64,000 nt of DNA. It comes from Eledone cirrhosa (taxonomy: Eukaryota). How positions within the stretch are numbered: the first letter of the stretch is position 1; the number at the start of each line of letters is the position of its first letter. Location of the stretch: assembly GCA_964016885.1 (NCBI GenBank), contig OZ024740.1, positions 46,686,001-46,750,000 on the forward strand, read 5' to 3'. The notes beneath the pieces are model-generated. The model saw nothing but the letters and a program-made list of their open reading frames with translations, made no database searches and was not told the origin of the DNA. The position numbers and the translations under genes are program-made. Shown here in pieces: positions 1 to 15,071 of this stretch.

Positions 1-3000
1 CAGAATTACAATGTAACCTCTACTATAGTCACAACCCAGTCTAACAGAATTACAATGTAGCCTCTACTATAGCCACAACCCATGTGTAACAGAATTACAA
101 TGTAACCTCTACTATAGCCACAACCTAGCCTAACAGAATTACAATGTAACCTCTAGTATAGCCACAACCTAGCCTAACAGAATTACAATGTAACCTCTAC
201 TATAGCTACAACCTAGCCTAACAGAATTACAATGTAACCTCTACTATAGCCACAACCTAGCCTAACAGAATTACAATGTAACCTCTACTATAGCCACAAC
301 CCAGTCTAACAGAATTACAATGTAACCTCTACTATAGCCACAACCCAGTCTAACAGAATTACAATGTAACCTCTAGTATAGCCACAACCTAGCCTAACAG
401 AATTACAATGTAACCTCTACTATAGCCACAACCTAGCCTAACAGAATTACAACGTAACCTCTACTATAGCCACAACCTAGCCTAACAGAATTACAATGTA
501 ACCTCTACTATAGCCACAACCCAGTCTAACAGAATTACAATGTAATCTCTACCATAGCCACAACCCAGCCTAACAGAATTACAATGTAACCTCTACTATA
601 GCCACAACCTGGCCTAACAGAATTACAATGTAACCTCTACTATAGCCACAACCCAGTCTAACAGAATTACAATGTAACCTCTACTATAGCCACAACCTAG
701 CCTAACAGAATTACAATGTAACCGCTACTATAGCCACAACCCAGTCTAACAGAATTACAATGTAACCTCTACTATAGCCACAACCTAGCCTAACAGAATT
801 ACAATGTAACCTCTACTATAGCCACAACCTAGCCTAACAGAATTACAATGTAACCTCTACTATAGCCACAACCTAGCCTAACAGAATTACAATGTAACCT
901 CTACTATAGCCACAACCTAGCCTAACAGAATTACAATGTAACCTTTACTATAGCCACAACCTAGCCTAACAGAATTACAATGTAACCTCTACTATAGCCA
1001 CAACCCAGCCTAACAGAATTACAATGTAACCTCTACTATAGCCACAACCTAGTCTAACAGAATTACAATGTAACCTCTACTATAGCCACAACCTAGCCTA
1101 ACAGAATTACAATGTAACCTCTACTATAGCCACAACCTAGCCTAACAGAATTACAATGTAACCTCTACTATAGCCACAACCCAGTCTAACAGAATTACAA
1201 TGTAACCGCTACTATAGCCACAACCCAGTCTAACAGAATTACAATGTGACCTCTACTATAGCCACAACCTAGCCTAACAGAATTACAATGTAACCTCTAC
1301 TATAGCCACAACCTAGCCTAACAGAATTACAATGTAACCTCTACTATAGCCACAACCCAGTCTAACAGAATTACAATGTAACCGCTACTATAGCCACAAC
1401 CCAGTCTAACAGAATTACAATGTAACCTCTACTATAGCCACAACCTAGCCTAACAGAATTACTATGTAACCTCTACTATAGCCACAACCCAGTCTAACAG
1501 AATTACAATGTAACCTCTACTATAGCCACAACCTAGCCTAACAGAATTACAATGTAACCTCTACTATAGCCACAACCCAGCCTAACAGAATTACAATGTA
1601 ACCTCTACTATAGCCACAACCCAGTCTAACAGAATTACAATGTAACCTCTACTATAGCCACAACCCAGTCTAGCAGAATTACAATGTAACCTCTACTATA
1701 GCCACAACCCAACCTAACAGAATTACAATGTAACCTCTACTATAGCCACAACCTAGCCTAACAGAATTACAATGTAACCTCTACTATAGCAACAACCTAG
1801 CCTAACAGAATTACAATGTAACCTCTACTATAGCCACAACCTCGTCTAACAGAATTACAATGTAACCTCTACTATAGCCACAACCCAGTCTAACAGAATT
1901 ACAATGTAACCTCTACTATAGCCACAACCTAGTCTAACAGAATTACAATGTAACCTCTACTATAGCCACAACCCAGTCTAACAGAATTACAATGTAACCT
2001 CTACTATAGCCACAACCTAGCCTAACAGAATTACAATGTAACCTCTACTATAGCCACAACCTAGCCTAACAGAATTACAATGTAACCTCTACTATAGCCA
2101 CAACCCAGCCTAACAGAATTACAATGTAACCTCTACTATAGCCACAACCTAGTCTAACAGAATTACAATGTAACATCTACTATAGCCACAACCTAGTCTA
2201 ACAGAATTACAATGTAACCTCTACTATAGCCACAACCTAGTCTAACAGAATTACAATGTAACCTCTACTATAGCCACAACCTGGCCTAACAGAATTACAA
2301 TGTAACCTCTACTATAGCCACAACCCAGTCTAACAGAATTACAATGTAACCTCTACTATAGCCACAACCTAGCCTAACAGAATTACAATGTAACCGCTAC
2401 TATAGCCACAACCCAGTCTAACAGAATTACAATGTAACCTCTACTATAGCCACAACCTAGCCTAACAGAATTACAATGTAACCTCTACTATAGCCACAAC
2501 CTAGCCTAACAGAATTACAATGTAACCTCTAGTATAGCCACAACCTAGCCTAACAGAATTACAATGTAACCTCTACTATAGCCACAACCCAGTCTAACAG
2601 AATTACAATGTAACCTCTACTATAGCCACAACCTAGTCTAACAAAATTACAATGTAACCTCTACTATAGCCACAACCTAGCCTAACAGAATTACAATGTA
2701 ACCTCTACTATAGCCACAACCTAGCCTAACAGAATTACAATGTAACCTCTACTATAGTCACAACCCAGTCTAACAGAATTACAATGTAGCCTCTACTATA
2801 GCCACAACCCATGTGTAACAGAATTACAATGTAACCTCTACTATAGCCACAACCTAGCCTAACAGAATTACAATGTAACCTCTAGTATAGCCACAACCTA
2901 GCCTAACAGAATTACAATGTAACCTCTACTATAGCCACAACCTAGCCTAACAGAATTACAATGTAACCTCTACTATAGTCACAACCCAGTCTAACAGAAT

Positions 3001-6000
3001 TACAATGTAGCCTCTACTATAGCCACAACCCATGTGTAACAGAATTACAATGTAACCTCTACTATAGCCACAACCTAGCCTAACAGAATTACAATGTAAC
3101 CTCTAGTATAGCCACAACCTAGCCTAACAGAATTACAATGTAACCTCTACTATAGCCACAACCTAGCCTAACAGAATTACAATGTAACCTCTACTATAGC
3201 CACAACCTAGCCTAACAGAATTACAATGTAACCTCTACTATAGCCACAACCCAGTCTAACAGAATTACAATGTAACCTCTACTATAGCCACAACCCAGTC
3301 TAACAGAATTACAATGTAACCTCTAGTATAGCCACAACCTAGCCTAACAGAATTACAATGTAACCTCTACTATAGCCACAACCTAGCCTAACAGAATTAC
3401 AACGTAACCTCTACTATAGCCACAACCTAGCCTAACAGAATTACAATGTAACCTCTACTATAGCCACAACCCAGTCTAACAGAATTACAATGTAATCTCT
3501 ACCATAGCCACAACCCAGCCTAACAGAATTACAATGTAACCTCTACTATAGCCACAACCTGGCCTAACAGAATTACAATGTAACCTCTACTATAGCCACA
3601 ACCCAGTCTAACAGAATTACAATGTAACCTCTACTATAGCCACAACCTAGCCTAACAGAATTACAATGTAACCGCTACTATAGCCACAACCCAGTCTAAC
3701 AGAATTACAATGTAACCTCTACTATAGCCACAACCTAGCCTAACAGAATTACAATGTAACCTCTACTATAGCCACAACCTAGCCTAACAGAATTACAATG
3801 TAACCTCTACTATAGCCACAACCTAGCCTAACAGAATTACAATGTAACCGCTACTATAGCCACAACCCAGTCTAACAGAATTACAATGTAACCTCTACTA
3901 TAGCCACAACCTAGCCTAACAGAATTACTATGTAACCTCTACTATAGCCACAACCCAGTCTAACAGAATTACAATGTAACCTCTACTATAGCCACAACCT
4001 AGCCTAACAGAATTACAATGTAACCTCTACTATAGCCACAACCCAGCCTAACAGAATTACAATGTAACCTCTACTATAGCCACAACCCAGTCTAACAGAA
4101 TTACAATGTAACCTCTACTATAGCCACAACCCAGTCTAGCAGAATTACAATGTAACCTCTACTATAGCCACAACCCAACCTAACAGAATTACAATGTAAC
4201 CTCTACTATAGCCACAACCTAGCCTAACAGAATTACAATGTAACCTCTACTATAGCAACAACCTAGCCTAACAGAATTACAATGTAACCTCTACTATAGC
4301 CACAACCTCGTCTAACAGAATTACAATGTAACCTCTACTATAGCCACAACCCAGTCTAACAGAATTACAATGTAACCTCTACTATAGCCACAACCTGGCC
4401 TAACAGAATTACAATGTAACCTCTACTATAGCCACAACCCAGTCTAACAGAATTACAATGTAACCTCTACTATAGCCACAACCTAGCCTAACAGAATTAC
4501 AATGTAACCGCTACTATAGCCACAACCCAGTCTAACAGAATTACAATGTAACCTCTACTATAGCCACAACCTAGCCTAACAGAATTACAATGTAACCTCT
4601 ACTATAGCCACAACCTAGCCTAACAGAATTACAATGTAACCTCTACTATAGCCACAACCCAGTCTAACAGAATTACAATGTAACCGCTACTATAGCCACA
4701 ACCCAGTCTAACAGAATTACGATGTAACCTCTACTATAGCCACAACCTAGCCTAACAGAATTACTATGTAACCTCTACTATAGCCACAACCCAGTCTAAC
4801 AGAATTACAATGTAACCTCTACTATAGCCACAACCTAGCCTAACAGAATTACAATGTAACCTCTACTATAGCCACAACCCAGCCTAACAGAATTACAATG
4901 TAACCTCTACTATAGCCACAACCCAGTCTAACAGAATTACAATGTAACCTCTACTATAGCCACAACCCAGTCTAGCAGAATTACAATGTAACCTCTACTA
5001 TAGCCACAACCCAACCTAACAGAATTACAATGTAACCTCTACTATAGCCACAACCTAGCCTAACAGAATTACAATGTAACCTCTACTATAGCCACAACCT
5101 AGCCTAACAGAATTACAATGTAACCTCTACTATAGCCACAACCTCGTCTAACAGAATTACAATGTAACCTCTACTATAGCCACAACCCAGTCTAACAGAA
5201 TTACAATGTAACCTCTACTATAGCCACAACCTAGTCTAACAGAATTACAATGTAACCTCTACTATAGCCACAACCCAGTCTAACAGAATTACAATGTAAC
5301 CTCTACTATAGCCACAACCTAGCCTAACAGAATTACAATGTAACCTCTACTATAGCCACAACCTAGCCTAACAGAATTACAATGTAACCTCTACTATAGC
5401 CACAACCCAGCCTAACAGAATTACAATGTAACCTCTACTATAGCCACAACCTAGTCTAACAGAATTACAATGTAACCTCTACTATAGCCACAACCTAGTC
5501 TAACAGAATTACAATGTAACCTCTACTATAGCCACAACCTAGTCTAACAGAATTACAATGTAACCTCTACTATAGCCACAACCTAGTCTAACAAAATTAC
5601 AATGTAACCTCTACTATAGCCACAACCTAGCCTAACAGAATGACAATGTAACCTCTACTATAGCCACAACCTAGCCTAACAGAATTACAATGTAACCTCT
5701 ACTATAGTCACAACCCAGTCTAACAGAATTACAATGTAGCCTCTACTATAGCCACAACCCATGTGTAACAGAATTACAATGTAACCTCTACTATAGCCAC
5801 AACCTAGCCTAACAGAATTACAATGTAACCTCTAGTATAGCCACAACCTAGCCTAACAGAATTACAATGTAACCTCTACTATAGCCACAACCCAGTCTAA
5901 CAGAATTACAATGTAACCTCTACTATAGCCACAACCTAGTCTAACAAAATTACAATGTAACCTCTACTATAGCCACAACCTAGCCTAACAGAATTACAAT

Positions 6001-9000
6001 GTAACCTCTACTATAGCCACAACCTAGCCTAACAGAATTACAATGTAACCTCTACTATAGTCACAACCCAGTCTAACAGAATTACAATGTAGCCTCTACT
6101 ATAGCCACAACCCATGTGTAACAGAATTACAATGTAACCTCTACTATAGCCACAACCTAGCCTAACAGAATTACAATGTAACCTCTAGTATAGCCACAAC
6201 CTAGCCTAACAGAATTACAATGTAACCTCTACTATAGCCACAACCCAGTCTAACAGAATTACAATGTAACCTCTACTATAGCCACAACCTAGTCTAACAA
6301 AATTACAATGTAACCTCTACTATAGCCACAACCTAGCCTAACAGAATTACAATGTAACCTCTACTATAGCCACAACCTAGCCTAACAGAATTACAAGTAA
6401 CCTCTACTATAGTCACAACCCAGTCTAACAGAATTACAATGTAGCCTCTACTATAGCCACAACCCATGTGTAACAGAATTACAATGTAACCTCTACTATA
6501 GCCACAACCTAGCCTAACAGAATTACAATGTAACCTCTAGTATAGCCACAACCTAGCCTAACAGAATTACAATGTAACCTCTACTATAGCCACAACCTAG
6601 CCTAACAGAATTACAATGTAACCTCTACTATAGCCACAACCTAGCCTAACAGAATTACAATGTAACCTCTACTATAGCCACAACCCAGTCTAACAGAATT
6701 ACAATGTAACCTCTACTATAGCCACAACCCAGTCTAACAGAATTACAATGTAACCTCTTGTATAGCCACAACCTAGCCTAACAGAATTACAATGTAACCT
6801 CTACTATAGCCACAACCTAGCCTAACAGAATTACAACGTAACCTCTACTATAGCCACAACCTAGCCTAACAGAATTACAATGTAACCTCTACTATAGCCA
6901 CAACCCAGTCTAACAGAATTACAATGTAATCTCTACCATAGCCACAACCCAGCCTAACAGAATTACAATGTAACCTCTACTATAGCCACAACCTGGCCTA
7001 ACAGAATTACAATGTAACCTCTACTATAGCCACAACCCAGTCTAACAGAATTACAATGTAACCTCTACTATAGCCACAACCTAGCCTAACAGAATTACAA
7101 TGTAACCGCTACTATAGCCACAACCCAGTCTAACAGAATTACAATGTAACCTCTACTATAGCCACAACCTTGCCTAACAGAATTACAATGTAACCTCTAC
7201 TATAGCCACAACCTAGCCTAACAGAATTACAATGTAACCTCTACTATAGCCACAACCCAGTCTAACAGAATTACAATGTAACCGCTACTATAGCCACAAC
7301 CCAGTCTAACAGAATTACAATGTAACCTCTACTATAGCCACAACCTAGCCTAACAGAATTACTATGTAACCTCTACTATAGCCACAACCCAGTCTAACAG
7401 AATTACAATGTAACCTCTACTATAGCCACAACCTAGTCTAACAGAATTACAATGTAACCTCTACTATAGCCACAACCCAGTCTAACAGAATTACAATGTA
7501 ACCTCTACTATAGCCACAACCTAGCCTAACAGAATTACAATGTAACCTCTACTATAGCCACAACCTAGCCTAACAGAATTACAATGTAACCTCTACTATA
7601 GCCACAACCCAGCCTAACAGAATTACAATGTAACCTCTACTATAGCCACAACCTAGTCTAACAGAATTACAATGTAACCTCTACTATAGCCACAACCTAG
7701 TCTAACAGAATTACAATGTAACCTCTACTATAGCCACAACCTAGTCTAACAGAATTACAATGTAACCTCTACTATAGCCACAACCTGGCCTAACAGAATT
7801 ACAATGTAACCTCTACTATAGCCACAACCCAGTCTAACAGAATTACAATGTAACCTCTACTATAGCCACAACCTAGCCTAACAGAATTACAATGTAACCG
7901 CTACTATAGCCACAACCCAGTCTAACAGAATTACAATGTAACCTCTACTATAGCCACAACCTAGCCTAACAGAATTACAATGTAACCTCTACTATAGCCA
8001 CAACCTAGCCTAACAGAATTACAATGTAACCTCTACTATAGCCACAACCCAGTCTAACAGAATTACAATGTAACCGCTACTATAGCCACAACCCAGTCTA
8101 ACAGAATTACAATGTAACCTCTACTATAGCCACAACCTAGCCTAACAGAATTACTATGTAACCTCTACTATAGCCACAACCCAGTCTAACAGAATTACAA
8201 TGTAACCTCTACTATAGCCACAACCTAGCCTAACAGAATTACAATGTAACCTCTACTATAGCCACAACCCAGCCTAACAGAATTACAATGTAACCTCTAC
8301 TATAGCCACAACCCAGTCTAACAGAATTACAATGTAACCTCTACTATAGCCACAACCCAGTCTAGCAGAATTACAATGTAACCTCTACTATAGCCACAAC
8401 CCAACCTAACAGAATTACAATGTAACCTCTACTATAGCCACAACCTAGCCTAACAGAATTACAATGTAACCTCTACTATAGCCACAACCTAGCCTAACAG
8501 AATTACAATGTAACCTCTACTATAGCCACAACCTCGTCTAACAGAATTACAATGTAACCTCTACTATAGCCACAACCCAGTCTAACAGAATTACAATGTA
8601 ACCTCTACTATAGCCACAACCTAGTCTAACAGAATTACAATGTAACCTCTACTATAGCCACAACCCAGTCTAACAGAATTACAATGTAACCTCTACTATA
8701 GCCACAACCTAGCCTAACAGAATTACAATGTAACCTCTACTATAGCCACAACCTAGCCTAACAGAATTACAATGTAACCTCTACTATAGCCACAACCCAG
8801 CCTAACAGAATTACAATGTAACCTCTACTATAGCCACAACCTAGTCTAACAGAATTACAATGTAACCTCTACTATAGCCACAACCTAGTCTAACAGAATT
8901 ACAATGTAACCTCTACTATAGCCACAACCTAGTCTAACAGAATTACAATGTAACCTCTACTATAGCCACAACCTAGTCTAACAAAATTACAATGTAACCT

Positions 9001-12000
9001 CTACTATAGCCACAACCTAGCCTAACAGAATGACAATGTAACCTCTACTATAGCCACAACCTAGCCTAACAGAATTACAATGTAACCTCTACTATAGTCA
9101 CAACCCAGTCTAACAGAATTACAATGTAGCCTCTACTATAGCCACAACCCATGTGTAACAGAATTACAATGTAACCTCTACTATAGCCACAACCTAGCCT
9201 AACAGAATTACAATGTAACCTCTACTATAGCCACAACCCAGTCTAACAGAATTACAATGTAACCGCTACTATAGCCACAACCCAGTCTAACAGAATTACA
9301 ATGTAACCTCTACTATAGCCACAACCTAGCCTAACAGAATTACTATGTAACCTCTACTATAGCCACAACCCAGTCTAACAGAATTACAATGTAACCTCTA
9401 CTATAGCCACAACCTAGTCTAACAGAATTACAATGTAACCTCTACTATAGCCACAACCCAGTCTAACAGAATTACAATGTAACCTCTACTATAGCCACAA
9501 CCTAGCCTAACAGAATTACAATGTAACCTCTACTATAGCCACAACCTAGCCTAACAGAATTACAATGTAACCTCTACTATAGCCACAACCCAGCCTAACA
9601 GAATTACAATGTAACCTCTACTATAGCCACAACCTAGTCTAACAGAATTACAATGTAACCTCTACTATAGCCACAACCTAGTCTAACAGAATTACAATGT
9701 AACCTCTACTATAGCCACAACCTAGTCTAACAGAATTACAATGTAACCTCTACTATAGCCACAACCTGGCCTAACAGAATTACAATGTAACCTCTACTAT
9801 AGCCACAACCCAGTCTAACAGAATTACAATGTAACCTCTACTATAGCCACAACCTAGCCTAACAGAATTACAATGTAACCGCTACTATAGCCACAACCCA
9901 GTCTAACAGAATTACAATGTAACCTCTACTATAGCCACAACCTAGCCTAACAGAATTACAATGTAACCTCTACTATAGCCACAACCTAGCCTAACAGAAT
10001 TACAATGTAACCTCTACTATAGCCACAACCCAGTCTAACAGAATTACAATGTAACCGCTACTATAGCCACAACCCAGTCTAACAGAATTACAATGTAACC
10101 TCTACTATAGCCACAACCTAGCCTAACAGAATTACTATGTAACCTCTACTATAGCCACAACCCAGTCTAACAGAATTACAATGTAACCTCTACTATAGCC
10201 ACAACCTAGCCTAACAGAATTACAATGTAACCTCTACTATAGCCACAACCCAGCCTAACAGAATTACAATGTAACCTCTACTATAGCCACAACCCAGTCT
10301 AACAGAATTACAATGTAACCTCTACTATAGCCACAACCCAGTCTAGCAGAATTACAATGTAACCTCTACTATAGCCACAACCCAACCTAACAGAATTACA
10401 ATGTAACCTCTACTATAGCCACAACCTAGCCTAACAGAATTACAATGTAACCTCTACTATAGCCACAACCTAGCCTAACAGAATTACAATGTAACCTCTA
10501 CTATAGCCACAACCTCGTCTAACAGAATTACAATGTAACCTCTACTATAGCCACAACCCAGTCTAACAGAATTACAATGTAACCTCTACTATAGCCACAA
10601 CCTAGTCTAACAGAATTACAATGTAACCTCTACTATAGCCACAACCCAGTCTAACAGAATTACAATGTAACCTCTACTATAGCCACAACCTAGCCTAACA
10701 GAATTACAATGTAACCTCTACTATAGCCACAACCTAGCCTAACAGAATTACAATGTAACCTCTACTATAGCCACAACCCAGCCTAACAGAATTACAATGT
10801 AACCTCTACTATAGCCACAACCTAGTCTAACAGAATTACAATGTAACCTCTACTATAGCCACAACCTAGTCTAACAGAATTACAATGTAACCTCTACTAT
10901 AGCCACAACCTAGTCTAACAGAATTACAATGTAACCTCTACTATAGCCACAACCTAGTCTAACAAAATTACAATGTAACCTCTACTATAGCCACAACCTA
11001 GCCTAACAGAATGACAATGTAACCTCTACTATAGCCACAACCTAGCCTAACAGAATTACAATGTAACCTCTACTATAGTCACAACCCAGTCTAACAGAAT
11101 TACAATGTAGCCTCTACTATAGCCACAACCCATGTGTAACAGAATTACAATGTAACCTCTACTATAGCCACAACCTAGCCTAACAGAATTACAATGTAAC
11201 CTCTAGTATAGCCACAACCTAGCCTAACAGAATTACAATGTAACCTCTACTATAGCCACAACCCAGTCTAACAGAATTACAATGTAACCTCTACTATAGC
11301 CACAACCTAGTCTAACAAAATTACAATGTAACCTCTACTATAGCCACAACCTAGCCTAACAGAATTACAATGTAACCTCTACTATAGCCACAACCTAGCC
11401 TAACAGAATTACAATGTAACCTCTACTATAGTCACAACCCAGTCTAACAGAATTACAATGTAGCCTCTACTATAGCCACAACCCATGTGTAACAGAATTA
11501 CAATGTAACCTCTACTATAGCCACAACCTAGCCTAACAGAATTACAATGTAACCTCTAGTATAGCCACAACCTAGCCTAACAGAATTACAATGTAACCTC
11601 TACTATAGCCACAACCCAGTCTAACAGAATTACATTGTAACCTCTACTATAGCCACAACCTAGTCTAACAAAATTACAATGTAACCTCTACTATAGCCAC
11701 AACCTAGCCTAACAGAATTACAATGTAACCTCTACTATAGCCACAACCTAGCCTAACAGAATTACAATGTAACCTCTACTATAGTCACAACCCAGTCTAA
11801 CAGAATTACAATGTAGCCTCTACTATAGCCACAACCCATGTGTAACAGAATTACAATGTAACCTCTACTATAGCCACAACCTAGCCTAACAGAATTACAA
11901 TGTAACCTCTAGTATAGCCACAACCTAGCCTAACAGAATTACAATGTAACCTCTACTATAGCCACAACCTAGCCTAACAGAATTACAATGTAACCTCTAC

Positions 12001-14635
12001 TATAGCCACAACCTAGCCTAACAGAATTACAATGTAACCTCTACTATAGCCACAACCCAGTCTAACAGAATTACAATGTAACCTCTACTATAGCCACAAC
12101 CCAGTCTAACAGAATTACAATGTAACCTCTTGTATAGCCACAACCTAGCCTAACAGAATTACAATGTAACCTCTACTATAGCCACAACCTAGCCTAACAG
12201 AATTACAACGTAACCTCTACTATAGCCACAACCTAGCCTAACAGAATTACAATGTAACCTCTACTATAGCCACAACCCAGTCTAACAGAATTACAATGTA
12301 ATCTCTACCATAGCCACAACCCAGCCTAACAGAATTACAATGTAACCTCTACTATAGCCACAACCTGGCCTAACAGAATTACAATGTAACCTCTACTATA
12401 GCCACAACCCAGTCTAACAGAATTACAATGTAACCTCTACTATAGCCACAACCTAGCCTAACAGAATTACAATGTAACCGCTACTATAGCCACAACCCAG
12501 TCTAACAGAATTACAATGTAACCTCTACTATAGCCACAACCTAGCCTAACAGAATTACAATGTAACCTCTACTATAGCCACAACCTAGCCTAACAGAATT
12601 ACAATGTAACCTCTACTATAGCCACAACCCAGTCTAACAGAATTACAATGTAACCGCTACTATAGCCACAACCCAGTCTAACAGAATTACAATGTAACCT
12701 CTACTATAGCCACAACCTAGCCTAACAGAATTACTATGTAACCTCTACTATAGCCACAACCCAGTCTAACAGAATTACAATGTAACCTCTACTATAGCCA
12801 CAACCTAGCCTAACAGAATTACAATGTAACCTCTACTATAGCCACAACCCAGCCTAACAGAATTACAATGTAACCTCTACTATAGCCACAACCCAGTCTA
12901 ACAGAATTACAATGTAACCTCTACTATAGCCACGACCCAGTCTAGCAGAATTACAATGTAACCTCTACTATAGCCACAACCCAACCTAACAGAATTACAA
13001 TGTAACCTCTACTATAGCCACAACCTAGCCTAACAGAATTACAATGTAACCTCTACTATAGCCACAACCTAGCCTAACAGAATTACAATGTAACCTCTAC
13101 TATAGCCACAACCTCGTCTAACAGAATTACAATGTAACCTCTACTATAGCCACAACCCAGTCTAACAGAATTACAATGTAACCTCTACTATAGCCACAAC
13201 CTAGTCTAACAGAATTACAATGTAACCTCTAATATAGCCACAACCTAGCCTAACAGAATTACAATGTAACCTCTACTATAGCCACAACCTAGCCTAACAG
13301 AATTACAATGTAACCTCTACTATAGCCACAACCCAGCCTAACAGAATTACAATGTAACCTCTACTATAGCCACAACCTAGTCTAACAGAATTACAATGTA
13401 ACCTCTACTATAGCCACAACCTAGTCTAACAGAATTACAATGTAACCTCTACTATAGCCACAACCTAGTCTAACAGAATTACAATGTAACCTCTACTATA
13501 GCCACAACCTAGTCTAACAAAATTACAATGTAACCTCTACTATAGCCACAACCTAGCCTAACAGAATTACAATGTAACCTCTACTATAGCCACAACCTAG
13601 CCTAACAGAATTACAATGTAACCTCTACTATAGTCACAACCCAGTCTAACAGAATTACAATGTAGCCTCTACTATAGCCACAACCCATGTGTAACAGAAT
13701 TACAATGTAACCTCTACTATAGCCACAACCTAGCCTAACAGAATTACAATGTAACCTCTAGTATAGCCACAACCTAGCCTAACAGAATTACAATGTAACC
13801 TCTACTATAGTCACAACCCAGTCTAACAGAATTACAATGTAGCCTCTACTATAGCCACAACCCATGTGTAACAGAATTACAATGTAACCTCTACTATAGC
13901 CACAACCTAGCCTAACAGAATTACAATGTAACCTCTAGTATAGCCACAACCTAGCCTAACAGAATTACAATGTAACCTCTACTATAGCCACAACCCAGCC
14001 TAACAGAATTACAATGTAACCTCTACTATAGCCACAACCTAGTCTAACAAAATTACAATGTAACCTCTACTATAGCCACAACCTAGCCTAACAGAATTAC
14101 AATGTAACCTCTACTATAGCCACAACCTAGCCTAACAGAATTACAATGTAACCTCTACTATAGTCACAACCCAGTCTAACAGAATTACAATGTAGCCTCT
14201 ACTATAGCCACAACCCATGTGTAACAGAATTACAATGTAACCTCTACTATAGCCACAACCTAGCCTAACAGAATTACAATGTAACCTCTAGTATAGCCAC
14301 AACCTAGCCTAACAGAATTACAATGTAACCTCTACTATAGCCACAACCTAGCCTAACAGAATTACAATGTAACCTCTACTATAGCCACAACCCAGTCTAA
14401 CAGAATTACAATGTAACCTCTAGTATAGCCACAACCTAGCCTAACAGAATTACAATGTAACCTCTACTATAGCCACAACCTAGCCTAACAGAATTACAAC
14501 GTAACCTCTACTATAGCCACAACCTAGCCTAACAGAATTACAATGTAACCTCTACTATAGCCACAACCCAGTCTAACAGAATTACAATGTAACCTCTACT
14601 ATAGTCACAACCTAGCCTAACAGAATTACAATGTA
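1..14635. repeat. 44-bp tandem satellite (TAACAGAATTACAATGTAACCTCTACTATAGCCACAACCYAGYC), about 330 copies, open at the left edge, inside ACSM intron 11
   Basis: Uninterrupted near-identical 44-bp units with recurring diagnostic variants. Confidence 0.99.
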
Positions 14636-14910
14636 TTCAATTCTCAGACCGGGTGATGTGTTGTTTCCTTGAGCAAGACACTTTATTTCACATTGCTCCA
14701 GTTTACTCAGCTGTGAGAAATGAGTCCCTATCATTCCACTGTAAAGTGGTTGTGGAGGTGCCACGGCAAAAAAAAAAGCACCCAGCACTCACTGTAAATG
14801 AGGTTGGTGTTAGGAAGGGCATCCAGCTGTAGAAATCAAGCCAGAATCAGTTCCTGTCCCACCCTTGCAAGCAGGGAAAAGTGGACGTAAAATGATAATG
14901 AATGATGATG
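14636..14910 (+). mobile_element. 5'-truncated SINE, family A (tRNA head, CCTTGAGCAAGACACTT core, RTE-like tail)
   Basis: Matches the full copy at 39104-39488; ends in (ATG)n. Confidence 0.85.
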
Positions 14911-14990
14911 ATACATACATACATACATTCATGCATACATATGTGTGTGTGTACGTATACTAATTTAACAATAAAATTTAATCCACTTAC

Positions 14991-15071
14991 CTGCAAGTTT
15001 ACCCCAGGAGCAGATTTTCCCATTGATCCAACCTTCCTTTCTAAGAAAGGATAATTAGCACATAGAAGGGT
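14991..15071 (-). CDS. ACSM3: ACSM exon 11 (TLLCANYPFLERKVGSMGKSAPGVNLQ)
   Basis: ttctttcag| acceptor, |gtaagt donor, 81 nt; GSMGK motif. Confidence 0.93.

Noticed and set aside
1-14635. CRISPR-like array or coding repeat
   Set aside because: Units are contiguous with no unique spacers, there are no cas genes, the context is eukaryotic, and the ORF track shows no ORF here
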